IMG/VR virus record: IMGVR_UViG_3300031857_022279
Length of the DNA: 64,000 bases
Strand: one strand, 5' to 3'
DNA from: a virus
Part shown: in pieces, positions 29,876-39,374 of the stretch
How the letters are laid out: the number at the start of each line of letters is the position of its first letter
How positions within the stretch are numbered: position 1 is the stretch's first letter
Made by a program: the position numbers and the translations under genes
The notes under the pieces: generated by a model
Told to the model about the DNA's origin: nothing
Seen by the model: only the letters and a program-made list of their open reading frames with translations
Database searches by the model: none

Positions 29876-30355
29876 TTATTTATTAAATAGCCCTGTTCCA
29901 ACTCTAATATTATTACCAGCAACTTTTATCTGTTGAGTTGGTGTGTCCATTACTGTCGGTGGTAGATTAAAGTTTTGTTCAACGTAAGCTTGTCTTGATG
30001 GATCAACTTTAGTTGACTTATCTTTATTAGCAAGTAACTTTTGAGTGTTTTCTACTGCGACTTCTTGTGGTCTTAGTTTTTCTATTTGTTCTATATTCGG
30101 ATATATTATAGTTGTACCTTCTTTTATATTCAGTGGATTGCTAATATTATTAACACTTAAAATTATATCAATGTGTTCTAAATTACCATAAATTGAGTTA
30201 CAAACTAAATCTATTCTCATCTCTTCTCCCTTTTTTACTCTGTATGAATTGTAATTCACACCTTGCCAGGTAGCCTGGAAAGTAACTGTTGTTAGATTAA
30301 ACAAATTTTCATTTTCTTCGTTTCTTTTAAGTTTATCAATATCAGCTATTTTCAT
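29876..30355 (-). CDS. Baseplate wedge protein, gp53-like (LysM-like)
   Basis: YRVKKGEEMRIDLVCNSIYG...NNISNPLNIKEGTTIIYP. Confidence 0.75.
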   Translation of the reverse strand: MKIADIDKLKRNEENENLFNLTTVTFQATWQGVNYNSYRVKKGEEMRIDLVCNSIYGNLEHIDIILSVNNISNPLNIKEGTTIIYPNIEQIEKLRPQEVAVENTQKLLANKDKSTKVDPSRQAYVEQNFNLPPTVMDTPTQQIKVAGNNIRVGTGLFNK

Positions 30356-30357
30356 AA

Positions 30358-33009
30358 TTAAATAAATAATTTATCTCCCGGTTTTATAAAGTCTGGGTCT
30401 GATTGTGAATTTGTATTAACTATACCATCAACTTCAAGTGGATTCTTGTTCTTATTAAGTGAAATAATTCTCTTTGTCTCTGCAAGTATTTCAGAATTTG
30501 AAGCGTTTGGTCCAAGTTTATTTCTTGCTATTTTGGAAATACTATCACCAGCTTTAACTGTATATTCATCACCTGGTAGGTTTTCAACTTTTCCAAGAAG
30601 AGCCTCTACACTATTAGGATCTGGATTTATAGATTGACCGTTTGCTGCAATATCATTTCCTATTTTTGTTTGAGTTGCGAGTTCTAATGCTCCTTCTTGT
30701 GACAGTACACCTTGGCCGTCTTGCGTCTCCATATTATCTAGAACCTCTGGCGCATAAGGACCAATTAAACCCTCTGTCTCATTAGGTTCGGGAGTTGCGG
30801 ATGTAGTAGTCGATGCTGTAGTACCAGGTGTATCTTTACTTGTACTCTCTGGATTTGGCTTTGGTGGGTCTTCAAGGAAATTCCAAAATGATGGTACTTC
30901 TTCATGAACTCTGATACTACCGCAGTTTAATTTTTCCATAATTTCATCAATACCCAGATTTCTTGCACTCTTTAAAGTAAACTCGCATTCTATGTATGAT
31001 GGTAAATCATTGAAGCTTAGCTGAGGACCAAGATTTACTTGAACTTCACTACATTCCATATCACCACTTGATAAAATTGGACGAAGAGGATTTCCTATAG
31101 TTACGTGCCAAGGTGTAGAAGGAGCACCTGTAAGAGCGGATACAATCCCTAATACTCTAACTCTATATTTTTTTACTAATGAGTCTACAAGTCCTTGTAC
31201 TATTTTATCAACCACTGCAGTTGCTGCATTTAGTTGGTCTTGTCTTTCTTTTTCGGCTTTTTGATTAGCTTCATCTGCCTTCTTCTTTGCATCATCAACA
31301 GCTTGTTGATTTTCAGGATCAACTTCTTCATCTTTTGCTGGGTTTTCACCATTGAACAGTTTCGTAATTTCTGATTTAATTTGACCCACTACTTTATCTA
31401 ACTCCTCCTTAAAAGCTTGAACCAATTGTTTTATTTTAGCAATAGCACCACCTGGTCTTGAAAACTCATCTAAAAATTTCCCTAAACCGGTAAGATTAGA
31501 TTTTTTACCTAAATAAAAAACAGCTTGAGAACCACCAAATGAAAGTATTGTTTGTAAAATCTCATAATAGATAATAGTTGGATCTACTCCAGATATAAAC
31601 TTTTGCTCCCATGCGCACTTTACTTTAATATTAAATTTACCTATTAATCCAGATCCAGGAGTATCATCTTTCATCAACTTTCTTTGTCTTGCTTCTTTGA
31701 TTAAGTTTGGCGTACCAGATGGTAGAATTTCTGCTGTTGCTGGATCACCTATAACACCAAGTTTTGCCAGAATTTTTCTTTGAAACAGTTCAGTCGCACC
31801 TGGTGCTGGTATAAAATCAAGTCCTCTAGCTAAAATATCACCTAATTTTGCAAACTTCATACCCATATCATCACCAAGTTCATTTAATAAATCTACAAAA
31901 CTTACACCGGCATCTACCCACTCTTCTCCAAAATTGAATTCTAAAATATTTGATGCATCATCTATCCAAGTAACTAAAGTGGAAACGGCAGAACCCTTTA
32001 CTTTATCTGAGTCAGATTCGTAACTTACAAACGTCAAGTCATCAATTTGTGGTCTATCAAATCTTCTACATACTACTAGTCTATTATTTGGATAAACACC
32101 AAAATCTCTACAGTATGCGAAATCTGCCCATCTTAATTTTAGCGCTGGGTATGATTCTAACTTTTCAATTATGTTATTTGTGCTTATATCATATACTGTG
32201 TCATTATGTAGATCAGCAGCTGATTTATTAAAATCTAATGGATTGTCTGATAGTCTGTTTCCAGACTGTCCATCACCATTTCCTGACTTTTTCCCTTGAT
32301 CTATTAAGAAATTTCTTGTCGAAAAAAGTGGATTGTTATCTCTACCATTTTTATAGTCATATCCTTTAGAGTTTATTAGACCTAGAGGTGATGATGTATA
32401 GTAGGCATTTAGTTCTATTGCTTTTTCTTCAGGTCTTTGAACATTTGGATTCTCTAAAGCTCCAGTCTGAGTCGGATCAACTGCGCTATTTAATCCAACA
32501 CCTTGTTGTAAAGGAGCAAGAGTTGGTTGAGTTGTTGGCAATAGTCCTGCATCTCTTGAGGCAATTCCAGCAATTGGTTCAGTTGGTGGAATAGCCTCAA
32601 CAGGTTCTATTATACCACCTTCTTCATCTTCTGTAGGTGCGTTCGATGGAGTTGGATCTTCACCTTCTTGGTTTGGGTCTGAATCTCTCGGGTATAGATC
32701 TCCTTCTCTATACGTTTGACCATCTATTTTATAACCTATTGTCTGACCCTGTTCTCTTGCTTTTGAAATTGCTGCTTGAGTAAGTTCTCCACCACTCACA
32801 GGGAATCCAGTTGATATTTCCCTAGTGGTTCCATCTGGGTCAACTTTAAATCCCATACTACTTAATAAGAATGCCGCACTGTCTACTTTTGCACCCTCAT
32901 TTAGAACCTCTACATTTAAAAAATCATCACCTGACCCGTTCGCTGCAATGTTGATAGTTATTCCTATAACACGGCTATCAACTTGATAATCAAATTTAAC
33001 TTGAGCCAT
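30358..33009 (-). CDS. Tail/baseplate structural protein with C-terminal LysM domain
   Basis: YTVKAGDSISKIAR...PDFIKPGDKLFI; leads the operon with the gp53-like and hub genes. Confidence 0.7.
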   Translation of the reverse strand: MAQVKFDYQVDSRVIGITINIAANGSGDDFLNVEVLNEGAKVDSAAFLLSSMGFKVDPDGTTREISTGFPVSGGELTQAAISKAREQGQTIGYKIDGQTYREGDLYPRDSDPNQEGEDPTPSNAPTEDEEGGIIEPVEAIPPTEPIAGIASRDAGLLPTTQPTLAPLQQGVGLNSAVDPTQTGALENPNVQRPEEKAIELNAYYTSSPLGLINSKGYDYKNGRDNNPLFSTRNFLIDQGKKSGNGDGQSGNRLSDNPLDFNKSAADLHNDTVYDISTNNIIEKLESYPALKLRWADFAYCRDFGVYPNNRLVVCRRFDRPQIDDLTFVSYESDSDKVKGSAVSTLVTWIDDASNILEFNFGEEWVDAGVSFVDLLNELGDDMGMKFAKLGDILARGLDFIPAPGATELFQRKILAKLGVIGDPATAEILPSGTPNLIKEARQRKLMKDDTPGSGLIGKFNIKVKCAWEQKFISGVDPTIIYYEILQTILSFGGSQAVFYLGKKSNLTGLGKFLDEFSRPGGAIAKIKQLVQAFKEELDKVVGQIKSEITKLFNGENPAKDEEVDPENQQAVDDAKKKADEANQKAEKERQDQLNAATAVVDKIVQGLVDSLVKKYRVRVLGIVSALTGAPSTPWHVTIGNPLRPILSSGDMECSEVQVNLGPQLSFNDLPSYIECEFTLKSARNLGIDEIMEKLNCGSIRVHEEVPSFWNFLEDPPKPNPESTSKDTPGTTASTTTSATPEPNETEGLIGPYAPEVLDNMETQDGQGVLSQEGALELATQTKIGNDIAANGQSINPDPNSVEALLGKVENLPGDEYTVKAGDSISKIARNKLGPNASNSEILAETKRIISLNKNKNPLEVDGIVNTNSQSDPDFIKPGDKLFI

Positions 33010-33032
33010 TCTTTAACAAAATATAATTTTTT

Positions 33033-33041
33033 TATATATTA
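33033..33041 (-). promoter_or_regulatory. TAATATATA motif (putative late promoter)
   Basis: Exact match 23 nt upstream of ATG 33009. Confidence 0.55.
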
Positions 33042-33065
33042 ACAAGAGTAAAATCTCTTACCTCA

Positions 33066-33482
33066 TCAATAATCTCTAATAATTTGGCTATTTGAAAATT
33101 TAGATAAATTTGAAAGAACGTCTTCTATAACATCTTGATTTTTTCTAAATTCGTTATAAAAGATTAAAACATTAAAGTCATTGGTACCAAGTATCTTCTT
33201 TAAGTTTAAGAGCTTCTCGATAGAAAACTCGTTGTCAAAGTCTGGTATGTAATAGATATCTTTTTTACGATCAATTGCCTGTTGAATTTTATTGAAAATT
33301 AAAATTTTTAAATAAGTTCTATCATCTTTGAAGTTGACCTCTTCTTCTTCCATTATTTTTTTAATATCAATAATGTACTTATTCTTAATTTTATTAACCT
33401 TTATAAACTTGTCGAATTTTTTTCGCACCTTACAGTAGACACAAAAAAAACTCATTTTATCTTGATTTTCTGAACTTGTCAT
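33066..33482 (-). CDS. Hypothetical protein
   Basis: 138 aa; start could instead be 33455. Confidence 0.65.
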   Translation of the reverse strand: MTSSENQDKMSFFCVYCKVRKKFDKFIKVNKIKNKYIIDIKKIMEEEEVNFKDDRTYLKILIFNKIQQAIDRKKDIYYIPDFDNEFSIEKLLNLKKILGTNDFNVLIFYNEFRKNQDVIEDVLSNLSKFSNSQIIRDY

Positions 33483-33598
33483 TACATATTGACCTTACTT
33501 TTTAGTGGGTTAATAACACTTAAATTTTCAATATTTTTGTCTTGATATATATTCCCTCAACTTACCTCTCTACATTATGTTTATTGAGATAGAATTTT

Positions 33599-33607
33599 TA
33601 ATATATA
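33599..33607 (+). promoter_or_regulatory. TAATATATA motif (putative late promoter)
   Basis: Exact match 4 nt upstream of ATG 33612. Confidence 0.6.
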
Positions 33608-33611
33608 ATTT

Positions 33612-34991
33612 ATGAGGAAATATTCAGAAAAATTCCTAGACAAATACAGCTTTTTGAAAAATGCTATCATAGGACTTGAATTTGAGTTTTATATGAAAGA
33701 CCTCTCTTTCTATAAGACAATGGAAATGTTAAATAAAGAATTAGACCCTGTGAAGGTTCATGGATTTAGACAGTACCACTCTAATTTTACACCAGATAAA
33801 AACAATTTTAAATTTGAACCAGACCTTTCAGGTGGTTCTAACATGGTTGAATTAGTTACTGGTCCACTTGAATATACTGACGCTAAATATTATCTAATAA
33901 AAATATTAAATTTTATTCAAAATTATGGATATACTAATGATAGATCTTCAATACATTTTAATTTATCTTTCTCTGACTCTGATAAGAATCTAAATGATTT
34001 GAACATCTTAAAACTTATTTTGAATGTAGATGAAGAAGAAATCTATAGGTTTTTTCCATCTAGAAAGAATAATATTTACGCAAAATCTATCAAGAATATT
34101 ATACCATATAAAGAGTATGACTTTTTTAATATTCCTATTGATGCTGTAAAAAACAATCTGATTCTTCCTGATAACAAATATTTCGGTATTAACTTTCTAC
34201 ATATAAATAATGACAAAGAATCTCAAAGGTTAGAGTATAGATATTTAGGTGGTAAAGATTATCACTTAAATACTGGAAATATCCTATACTTTCTTGATAG
34301 ATTTATACTTGATACCTATAACTCTATTGATGTCGGTTTTGATCACAGTGATTCTGAAAAACTTGAATCATATCTTGAGAGTAATATCTCTAAATTTAAA
34401 AGCTTTTCGAAATACGATAACTTCCTTGTTGAATATCCTTCTATACAAATTCAAATTGATCAAAATCATATGTATGAACTTGTGAGTTCATATTTTTCAA
34501 AAATATTTGATAGACTGTATGACCTAATAGAATGTACAGATGATTTAAAAGATTGTATTATAAACTATATAACATCAACTCAAAAGATAGAAGTTGTTGA
34601 TGCTAAAGTGAAGTCACTTCTAAGTATAAGTAATTTTGAGTTCGTTAACTGCACAATTATGGATGGCATTTATGAAAACTGTAATTTCTATGGATGTGAA
34701 ATAAATGAGTCACAGATTTCTACTTCGAGAATTGACTCAAGTGATGTGAATAGATCAAAGGTTTTAAGCTGTAGAGTTGATAACACAAATCTCACTGACT
34801 GTTTCTTTATGAACGGGTTCTTAAATGGAGATATGAAAGGTGGTATTTATCGTAGTGGTGAACTTGGCCCATACGCTTCTATTTCACCAGAAACTAAGTT
34901 AGTCGGAACTGAAGATAATTTCTTTAATACTAAATTTGATTCTGAAAAGACTGGTGACCATAAAGGTGACATAAAAGCATTTAAGAAATGA
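33612..34991 (+). CDS. Amidoligase (COOH-NH2 ligase, Amidoligase_2-like) with C-terminal beta-solenoid
   Basis: IGLEFEF, EPDLSGG, VELVTGPL, TNDRSSIHFN, RLEYRYLGG; then ~5-residue periodic repeats (FVNCTIMDGIYENCNFYGCEINES). Confidence 0.75.
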   Translation: MRKYSEKFLDKYSFLKNAIIGLEFEFYMKDLSFYKTMEMLNKELDPVKVHGFRQYHSNFTPDKNNFKFEPDLSGGSNMVELVTGPLEYTDAKYYLIKILNFIQNYGYTNDRSSIHFNLSFSDSDKNLNDLNILKLILNVDEEEIYRFFPSRKNNIYAKSIKNIIPYKEYDFFNIPIDAVKNNLILPDNKYFGINFLHINNDKESQRLEYRYLGGKDYHLNTGNILYFLDRFILDTYNSIDVGFDHSDSEKLESYLESNISKFKSFSKYDNFLVEYPSIQIQIDQNHMYELVSSYFSKIFDRLYDLIECTDDLKDCIINYITSTQKIEVVDAKVKSLLSISNFEFVNCTIMDGIYENCNFYGCEINESQISTSRIDSSDVNRSKVLSCRVDNTNLTDCFFMNGFLNGDMKGGIYRSGELGPYASISPETKLVGTEDNFFNTKFDSEKTGDHKGDIKAFKK

Positions 34992-35368
34992 AATATCTAA
35001 AATATTTTGAAAATAATCCTGGAATATTCAATATTGAAATAGAGGATATTCAAGAGATATTCAGTGACTTCATAGACGATTTTCAAGTTACAGTGGTCTT
35101 TGGAAAAAAACTACATCAGTTCAATATTGTTGATACTAAAATTACTGACCAAGATATAAAGTTGGGATTCAAGTATTACTCACAAGTTAGACTAATACCT
35201 CTCGTTAAAAAAACTCCATATGAACTATCTGGATACATTAACTCTGATGAATTTCTAGAAAGACAGTCTGAAGTTGTATCTAAATTAGACTATTATGATT
35301 TAGAATTACATAAGGTTTTCATAGAGAGCACTCCTAGTTCAATATTATTTTTAATATATAGTAAATAA
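34988..35368 (+). CDS. Hypothetical protein with CTS-like N-terminus
   Basis: Starts MKYLKYFENN; ATGA overlap with the previous gene. Confidence 0.75.
   Translation: MKYLKYFENNPGIFNIEIEDIQEIFSDFIDDFQVTVVFGKKLHQFNIVDTKITDQDIKLGFKYYSQVRLIPLVKKTPYELSGYINSDEFLERQSEVVSKLDYYDLELHKVFIESTPSSILFLIYSK
35352..35360 (+). promoter_or_regulatory. TAATATATA motif (putative late promoter)
   Basis: Exact match 24 nt upstream of ATG 35385, inside the end of the previous CDS. Confidence 0.5.
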
Positions 35369-35384
35369 AACAAAAACTAAAGAT

Positions 35385-37244
35385 ATGAAGAAATTTCAAT
35401 CATTTGTAAATGAAGAAGTCGGTATAAGAAATATTAAGAAGATAATAGGACCTATGAAAACCGCTGAAATTTATTTCCACAAAGACCTAGATGGTGTGAC
35501 GTCAGCACTTGCTATGAAATATTTCTTAGAAACTTACTATCAGGTTAAAATAGTAGATGCCCACCAAATTCAATATGGTGGAATGGAGTTCGCTATTAAA
35601 AATCACAAAGAAGGTAATCTTTGCGTGTTAGTTGATTTTGCTCACGGAAAACCAATGTTTCATATACAATCTGACCATCATGATAGTCAAATTGGAGCTG
35701 AAGATACAAAGGGAACTTATTTTAAACCAGCTAGGTCAAATGTAGAGATTATATCCTCAGAAATTTCTTACTCAGATGCTTTTACTCCTGGAGATATTGA
35801 ACTTATTAAAACAGTAGATTCTGCTGATTTTTTCAGACAAGGAATAACTACACAAGATGTTAGAAATTCTATTTTCCAAATAAAAACCGAAGATTCTGGA
35901 CAGAAAAATAGATTTATGATGGGATTTGTAGTTAATAGACTTCTTTTAGCCTACAAAAATAAAAGAATCTCTGTTAGAAGTATGGATGGAAAAAGAGACC
36001 ACATTAATAAAAACATATTAGAATGCATGGTCTTAGATTGTAATCCTTCACTTATTTCGATGTTCACTAATTTAAAACATTATATAAACACCGCTCGTGT
36101 TTCTGATAAGTCTGGTGTGTTAGCAAAACCAGAAGAGTTGACTAAGAATATTGACAACTATATTCAAAAGATGAGAGATTATAGATTTATAGAAGATCCA
36201 GATACCGGTGAAGTCACTGAATATGATCCTCAAAGTAGAAAACATCAGTTTTTAATGAGCCAAAAAGGAGCTAAAGTTGGAAAAGGTGTACACTACGATG
36301 ATAAAGATAAAATTATAATTCAATATGGTGGTGGGTCGATGATCAAGCCAGGGTCTTATGATAGGTATGTTCCTTTTAATAATTTCCCAGAAGCTAATTT
36401 TATCTGTATGGTTTGGCCACTAGGTCTGATACAAGTTAGTTGTAATCCGTTCAAAGAGAAAAAATTAAAAGATATAGATCTTGGTAAAATTGCAAAAGAG
36501 GTTTTATCTACACACGAACCTGTATTGAGTAAAATTCTTATTTCTCTAGATTGTTTAAAGAAAGAATTTGAAACTTCACAAGATTGGAAGAAAATGCAAA
36601 AAGAAGAAGGTCCGGATTATCAAGGTGTAGGATTTAGATATACAGACCTTTTAGCATTTTATGGTGATAACTCAAAGGGTGGTAATTGTATAGTAGAAAA
36701 GGTAGATAGTTCTTATGAAAAAGTATCAGATGAAAGACTAGTAGATGTTAAAGATTCTATGAATTCAGTTTATGATAAATTATCTCAAGATGATTTTTCA
36801 AATCTGCAAAGCTTTTATATTTCTGTTTTTGACTTGATCAAAAGAAATTCAGGTGGTCACCCATCAATTACTAATCTTCAAGGATGGGGATTTTTAAAAT
36901 ACAACAGTGAGGCTATGAAAATAGCTTACGGTGCCGAAAAGTATACTGACGTAATGAAAAAGGTGGCTCGTGAGTTTGTTGATAATTTAAAAGATAAAAT
37001 AGACCTATATGAACAAGGTAAGTCTATTGAATATTCGACAAAGGACATTGAGTTTACAGGTCAAGACATAAATGAAAATTATGAATTTGAGATATTACAC
37101 AGTGATGGTAAAACATCTAAAGTGAGTAAAGATGAATTTGTAAATGCTGGATTTGGCAAAGCAATGAGACCTGAGAGGTTATCTATAGATGATAAAAATA
37201 AAAAAATTATTGCTAAATTTGAAAGTTTTAAAAATAAAAAGTAA
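35385..37244 (+). CDS. DHH-family phosphoesterase with CTS-like N-terminus
   Basis: YFHKDLDGVTSA, LVDF, QSDHHD, TVDSADF; starts MKKFQSFVNEE. Confidence 0.75.
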   Translation: MKKFQSFVNEEVGIRNIKKIIGPMKTAEIYFHKDLDGVTSALAMKYFLETYYQVKIVDAHQIQYGGMEFAIKNHKEGNLCVLVDFAHGKPMFHIQSDHHDSQIGAEDTKGTYFKPARSNVEIISSEISYSDAFTPGDIELIKTVDSADFFRQGITTQDVRNSIFQIKTEDSGQKNRFMMGFVVNRLLLAYKNKRISVRSMDGKRDHINKNILECMVLDCNPSLISMFTNLKHYINTARVSDKSGVLAKPEELTKNIDNYIQKMRDYRFIEDPDTGEVTEYDPQSRKHQFLMSQKGAKVGKGVHYDDKDKIIIQYGGGSMIKPGSYDRYVPFNNFPEANFICMVWPLGLIQVSCNPFKEKKLKDIDLGKIAKEVLSTHEPVLSKILISLDCLKKEFETSQDWKKMQKEEGPDYQGVGFRYTDLLAFYGDNSKGGNCIVEKVDSSYEKVSDERLVDVKDSMNSVYDKLSQDDFSNLQSFYISVFDLIKRNSGGHPSITNLQGWGFLKYNSEAMKIAYGAEKYTDVMKKVAREFVDNLKDKIDLYEQGKSIEYSTKDIEFTGQDINENYEFEILHSDGKTSKVSKDEFVNAGFGKAMRPERLSIDDKNKKIIAKFESFKNKK

Positions 37245-37254
37245 ATATTTTTCA

Positions 37255-37262
37255 TATATTTG
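37255..37262 (+). promoter_or_regulatory. Bacteroidota-type -7 promoter element TATATTTG
   Basis: TATATTTGCA; the TATATTTG core ends 5 nt upstream of ATG 37268. Confidence 0.55.
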
Positions 37263-37267
37263 CAATT

Positions 37268-38104
37268 ATGATTATAACTCTCGAAACAATAAAGCATAAT
37301 TTACAAGTTTTAGAAGAAGTAAAAAAGGAATTTCCACTTCTACAAGATTATATAGATGGGAAAGTTTTTCCAGAAACGGTAAACAATATAGGTCTTGACC
37401 AAATTGTTAGTTTCATAAATTTCATTAAGGAAAATGAAAAAAATGGAATTCAATTAGTCAATGAATCAAAAATTACCTATCGAGAAGTCAAGAAAAAAGT
37501 AGCTGAAATGAGCTACAATCAAAAATCTAAAGGAATCTTCTTAAAGAAAAAAGAAGAAGATTTCATAAAAGTATTTCAAGACCTCAAAGTGAATCGAAGA
37601 TACACAAGATCAAATAATCAGTCTTATTGTCCGGGCTTAGAAAAAACAGAGGCTCTTATACTCAATTATTTTGCTCAGAATTCAATATCAGTAGACTCCT
37701 CATTTTTTAGAAATAGTTTCTATTTTACAAAAATACAAAAACCTCAGTATTTCTCTCGTGAACTTAGAATGACTCGAGATCTTATTGATCAATTTATTAA
37801 TTTTGCAAAAACACAAGACTTTGATTTTAGAAAATGTAATATAAAGTCTTTAATTAGTGAGATTAATAGTAGATTAAGACCTATGATGAAAATTGATTCT
37901 GAATTAATTGTTAGGTCTATACGTGAGCAGAAAAACTTTACTTTAGATAATATTTATAAAGTAATCGAAAGTAGGGTAAATTATTACGGATTCGTAGAAA
38001 TAAAAGTTGAAGATGATAAGGGTGTTATCTCTTATGTACCCTATTCAAATTTTGAAGAAGTATCAAGACAAAGAGATGAACTCTTTAAAGAATTAGGTTT
38101 ATAG
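37268..38104 (+). CDS. Hypothetical protein
   Basis: 278 aa; ends SRQRDELFKELGL. Confidence 0.75.
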   Translation: MIITLETIKHNLQVLEEVKKEFPLLQDYIDGKVFPETVNNIGLDQIVSFINFIKENEKNGIQLVNESKITYREVKKKVAEMSYNQKSKGIFLKKKEEDFIKVFQDLKVNRRYTRSNNQSYCPGLEKTEALILNYFAQNSISVDSSFFRNSFYFTKIQKPQYFSRELRMTRDLIDQFINFAKTQDFDFRKCNIKSLISEINSRLRPMMKIDSELIVRSIREQKNFTLDNIYKVIESRVNYYGFVEIKVEDDKGVISYVPYSNFEEVSRQRDELFKELGL

Positions 38105-38105
38105 A

Positions 38106-38714
38106 ATGCCAGGAACTACAGAAATATTAGGAGCTCTTAAACTCTATCCATCAAAATTAAAATCAATTTATTGTTTTGGCAGCAGAGTATATGGTACGCA
38201 CAATGAGAAATCAGATTGGGATTACGTCATTATCGCAAACACACCAGACACAAATAAAGAGATAAATTATTGGAGTTTAGTTAGTAAAACAACTCTGAAT
38301 ATGCATATTATGACCTCTGATCATTTCTTACAACACCTAAATGAATATCGATCTTTTGCTATTGAGTGTTTTTTCGCACCTCAAGAATTTAGATTATTCG
38401 AGTCTGTTAGATTTAACTGGACACCAAAGAGAAGATCACTTGTTCACTCTTTTACACATATATCAAATATGGCATGGGATTCTAGTATAAAAAAATTTGA
38501 AGAAAACTATTACTCATCAATTAAATGTGTTTTTCACAGTATAAGAGTGCCACTTTTCGCAAAACAAATTCTACAACACGGTACAATAGTTGACTTTAAA
38601 GAAGCGAACTATATCTATGAAAAACTACAATCTAAGAATTGGACTCTTGATGAATTAGATAGTGAGTTTAGTAAAATAAGACAAGAATCTATTGAGAATC
38701 TTAGAAAACCTTAA
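38106..38714 (+). CDS. Pol-beta superfamily (MNT-like) nucleotidyltransferase
   Basis: IYCFGSRVYGTHNEKSDWDY (GS...DxD); helical C-terminal domain with FHSIR. Confidence 0.85.
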   Translation: MPGTTEILGALKLYPSKLKSIYCFGSRVYGTHNEKSDWDYVIIANTPDTNKEINYWSLVSKTTLNMHIMTSDHFLQHLNEYRSFAIECFFAPQEFRLFESVRFNWTPKRRSLVHSFTHISNMAWDSSIKKFEENYYSSIKCVFHSIRVPLFAKQILQHGTIVDFKEANYIYEKLQSKNWTLDELDSEFSKIRQESIENLRKP

Positions 38715-39280
38715 AAATTCTCTGTTAATTCTTCTACTCTTTTCTTATACTTTTCTGCCATTTTAGAAATCAACTCATGATTATATTCAGTGTCGGCCAA
38801 AAGTGACTCACATGCTTTCAATCTTAAAAATGCATTACCGACAGTGTTTATTTTATCTGCTGACTTTTCAGTTTGTTCAATCAACAAATCAGCATCTTCA
38901 CTATACTTTGAATAAAGAGACTTTACGATCTTTTTATGTCTGTATAAACCCTCTGGTTGAGAATTTATAGACTCAATTTTTTCGTCTAAAACTTTCCAGT
39001 CAGTAATCTTAGATTTAAGTGATTCTAATAATTTTACCTTTTCTTTATTTGACTTTGAATCTAATAGGTCCATAAGTGCCTCGACAAATAACTCTTTACC
39101 TGCAACTTTCATTGTACCAGCTACATGATATCTAGTAATTGGTCCATACATCTGAACTCTTAAAAGATCATCTAAGAGTGACATAACTTTAGATTTGAAG
39201 ATATCACTTTCAGTTATTTTCTTTTCAATTTTTGGCTCTTCTGCCACTTTTTGTCCGGTAATATTTGAGAATTTTTTCAT
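38711..39280 (-). CDS. Hypothetical late protein
   Basis: 189 aa; starts MKKFSNI; TAATATATA upstream. Confidence 0.75.
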   Translation of the reverse strand: MKKFSNITGQKVAEEPKIEKKITESDIFKSKVMSLLDDLLRVQMYGPITRYHVAGTMKVAGKELFVEALMDLLDSKSNKEKVKLLESLKSKITDWKVLDEKIESINSQPEGLYRHKKIVKSLYSKYSEDADLLIEQTEKSADKINTVGNAFLRLKACESLLADTEYNHELISKMAEKYKKRVEELTENF

Positions 39281-39285
39281 ACACT

Positions 39286-39294
39286 TATATATTA
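39286..39294 (-). promoter_or_regulatory. TAATATATA motif (putative late promoter)
   Basis: Exact match 5 nt upstream of ATG 39280. Confidence 0.6.
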
Positions 39295-39323
39295 ATTAGA
39301 AAAGTTCAGTATTCATTGTATAC

Positions 39324-39352
39324 AAAAAAAGTCAGATGTTACTCTGACTTTT
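39324..39352 (-). terminator. Intrinsic terminator after the Hc1-like gene
   Basis: AAAAGTCAGA / TCTGACTTTT stem with a T7 tract on the minus strand. Confidence 0.75.
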
Positions 39353-39374
39353 CTAGTTATTTTTTATTCATTAA

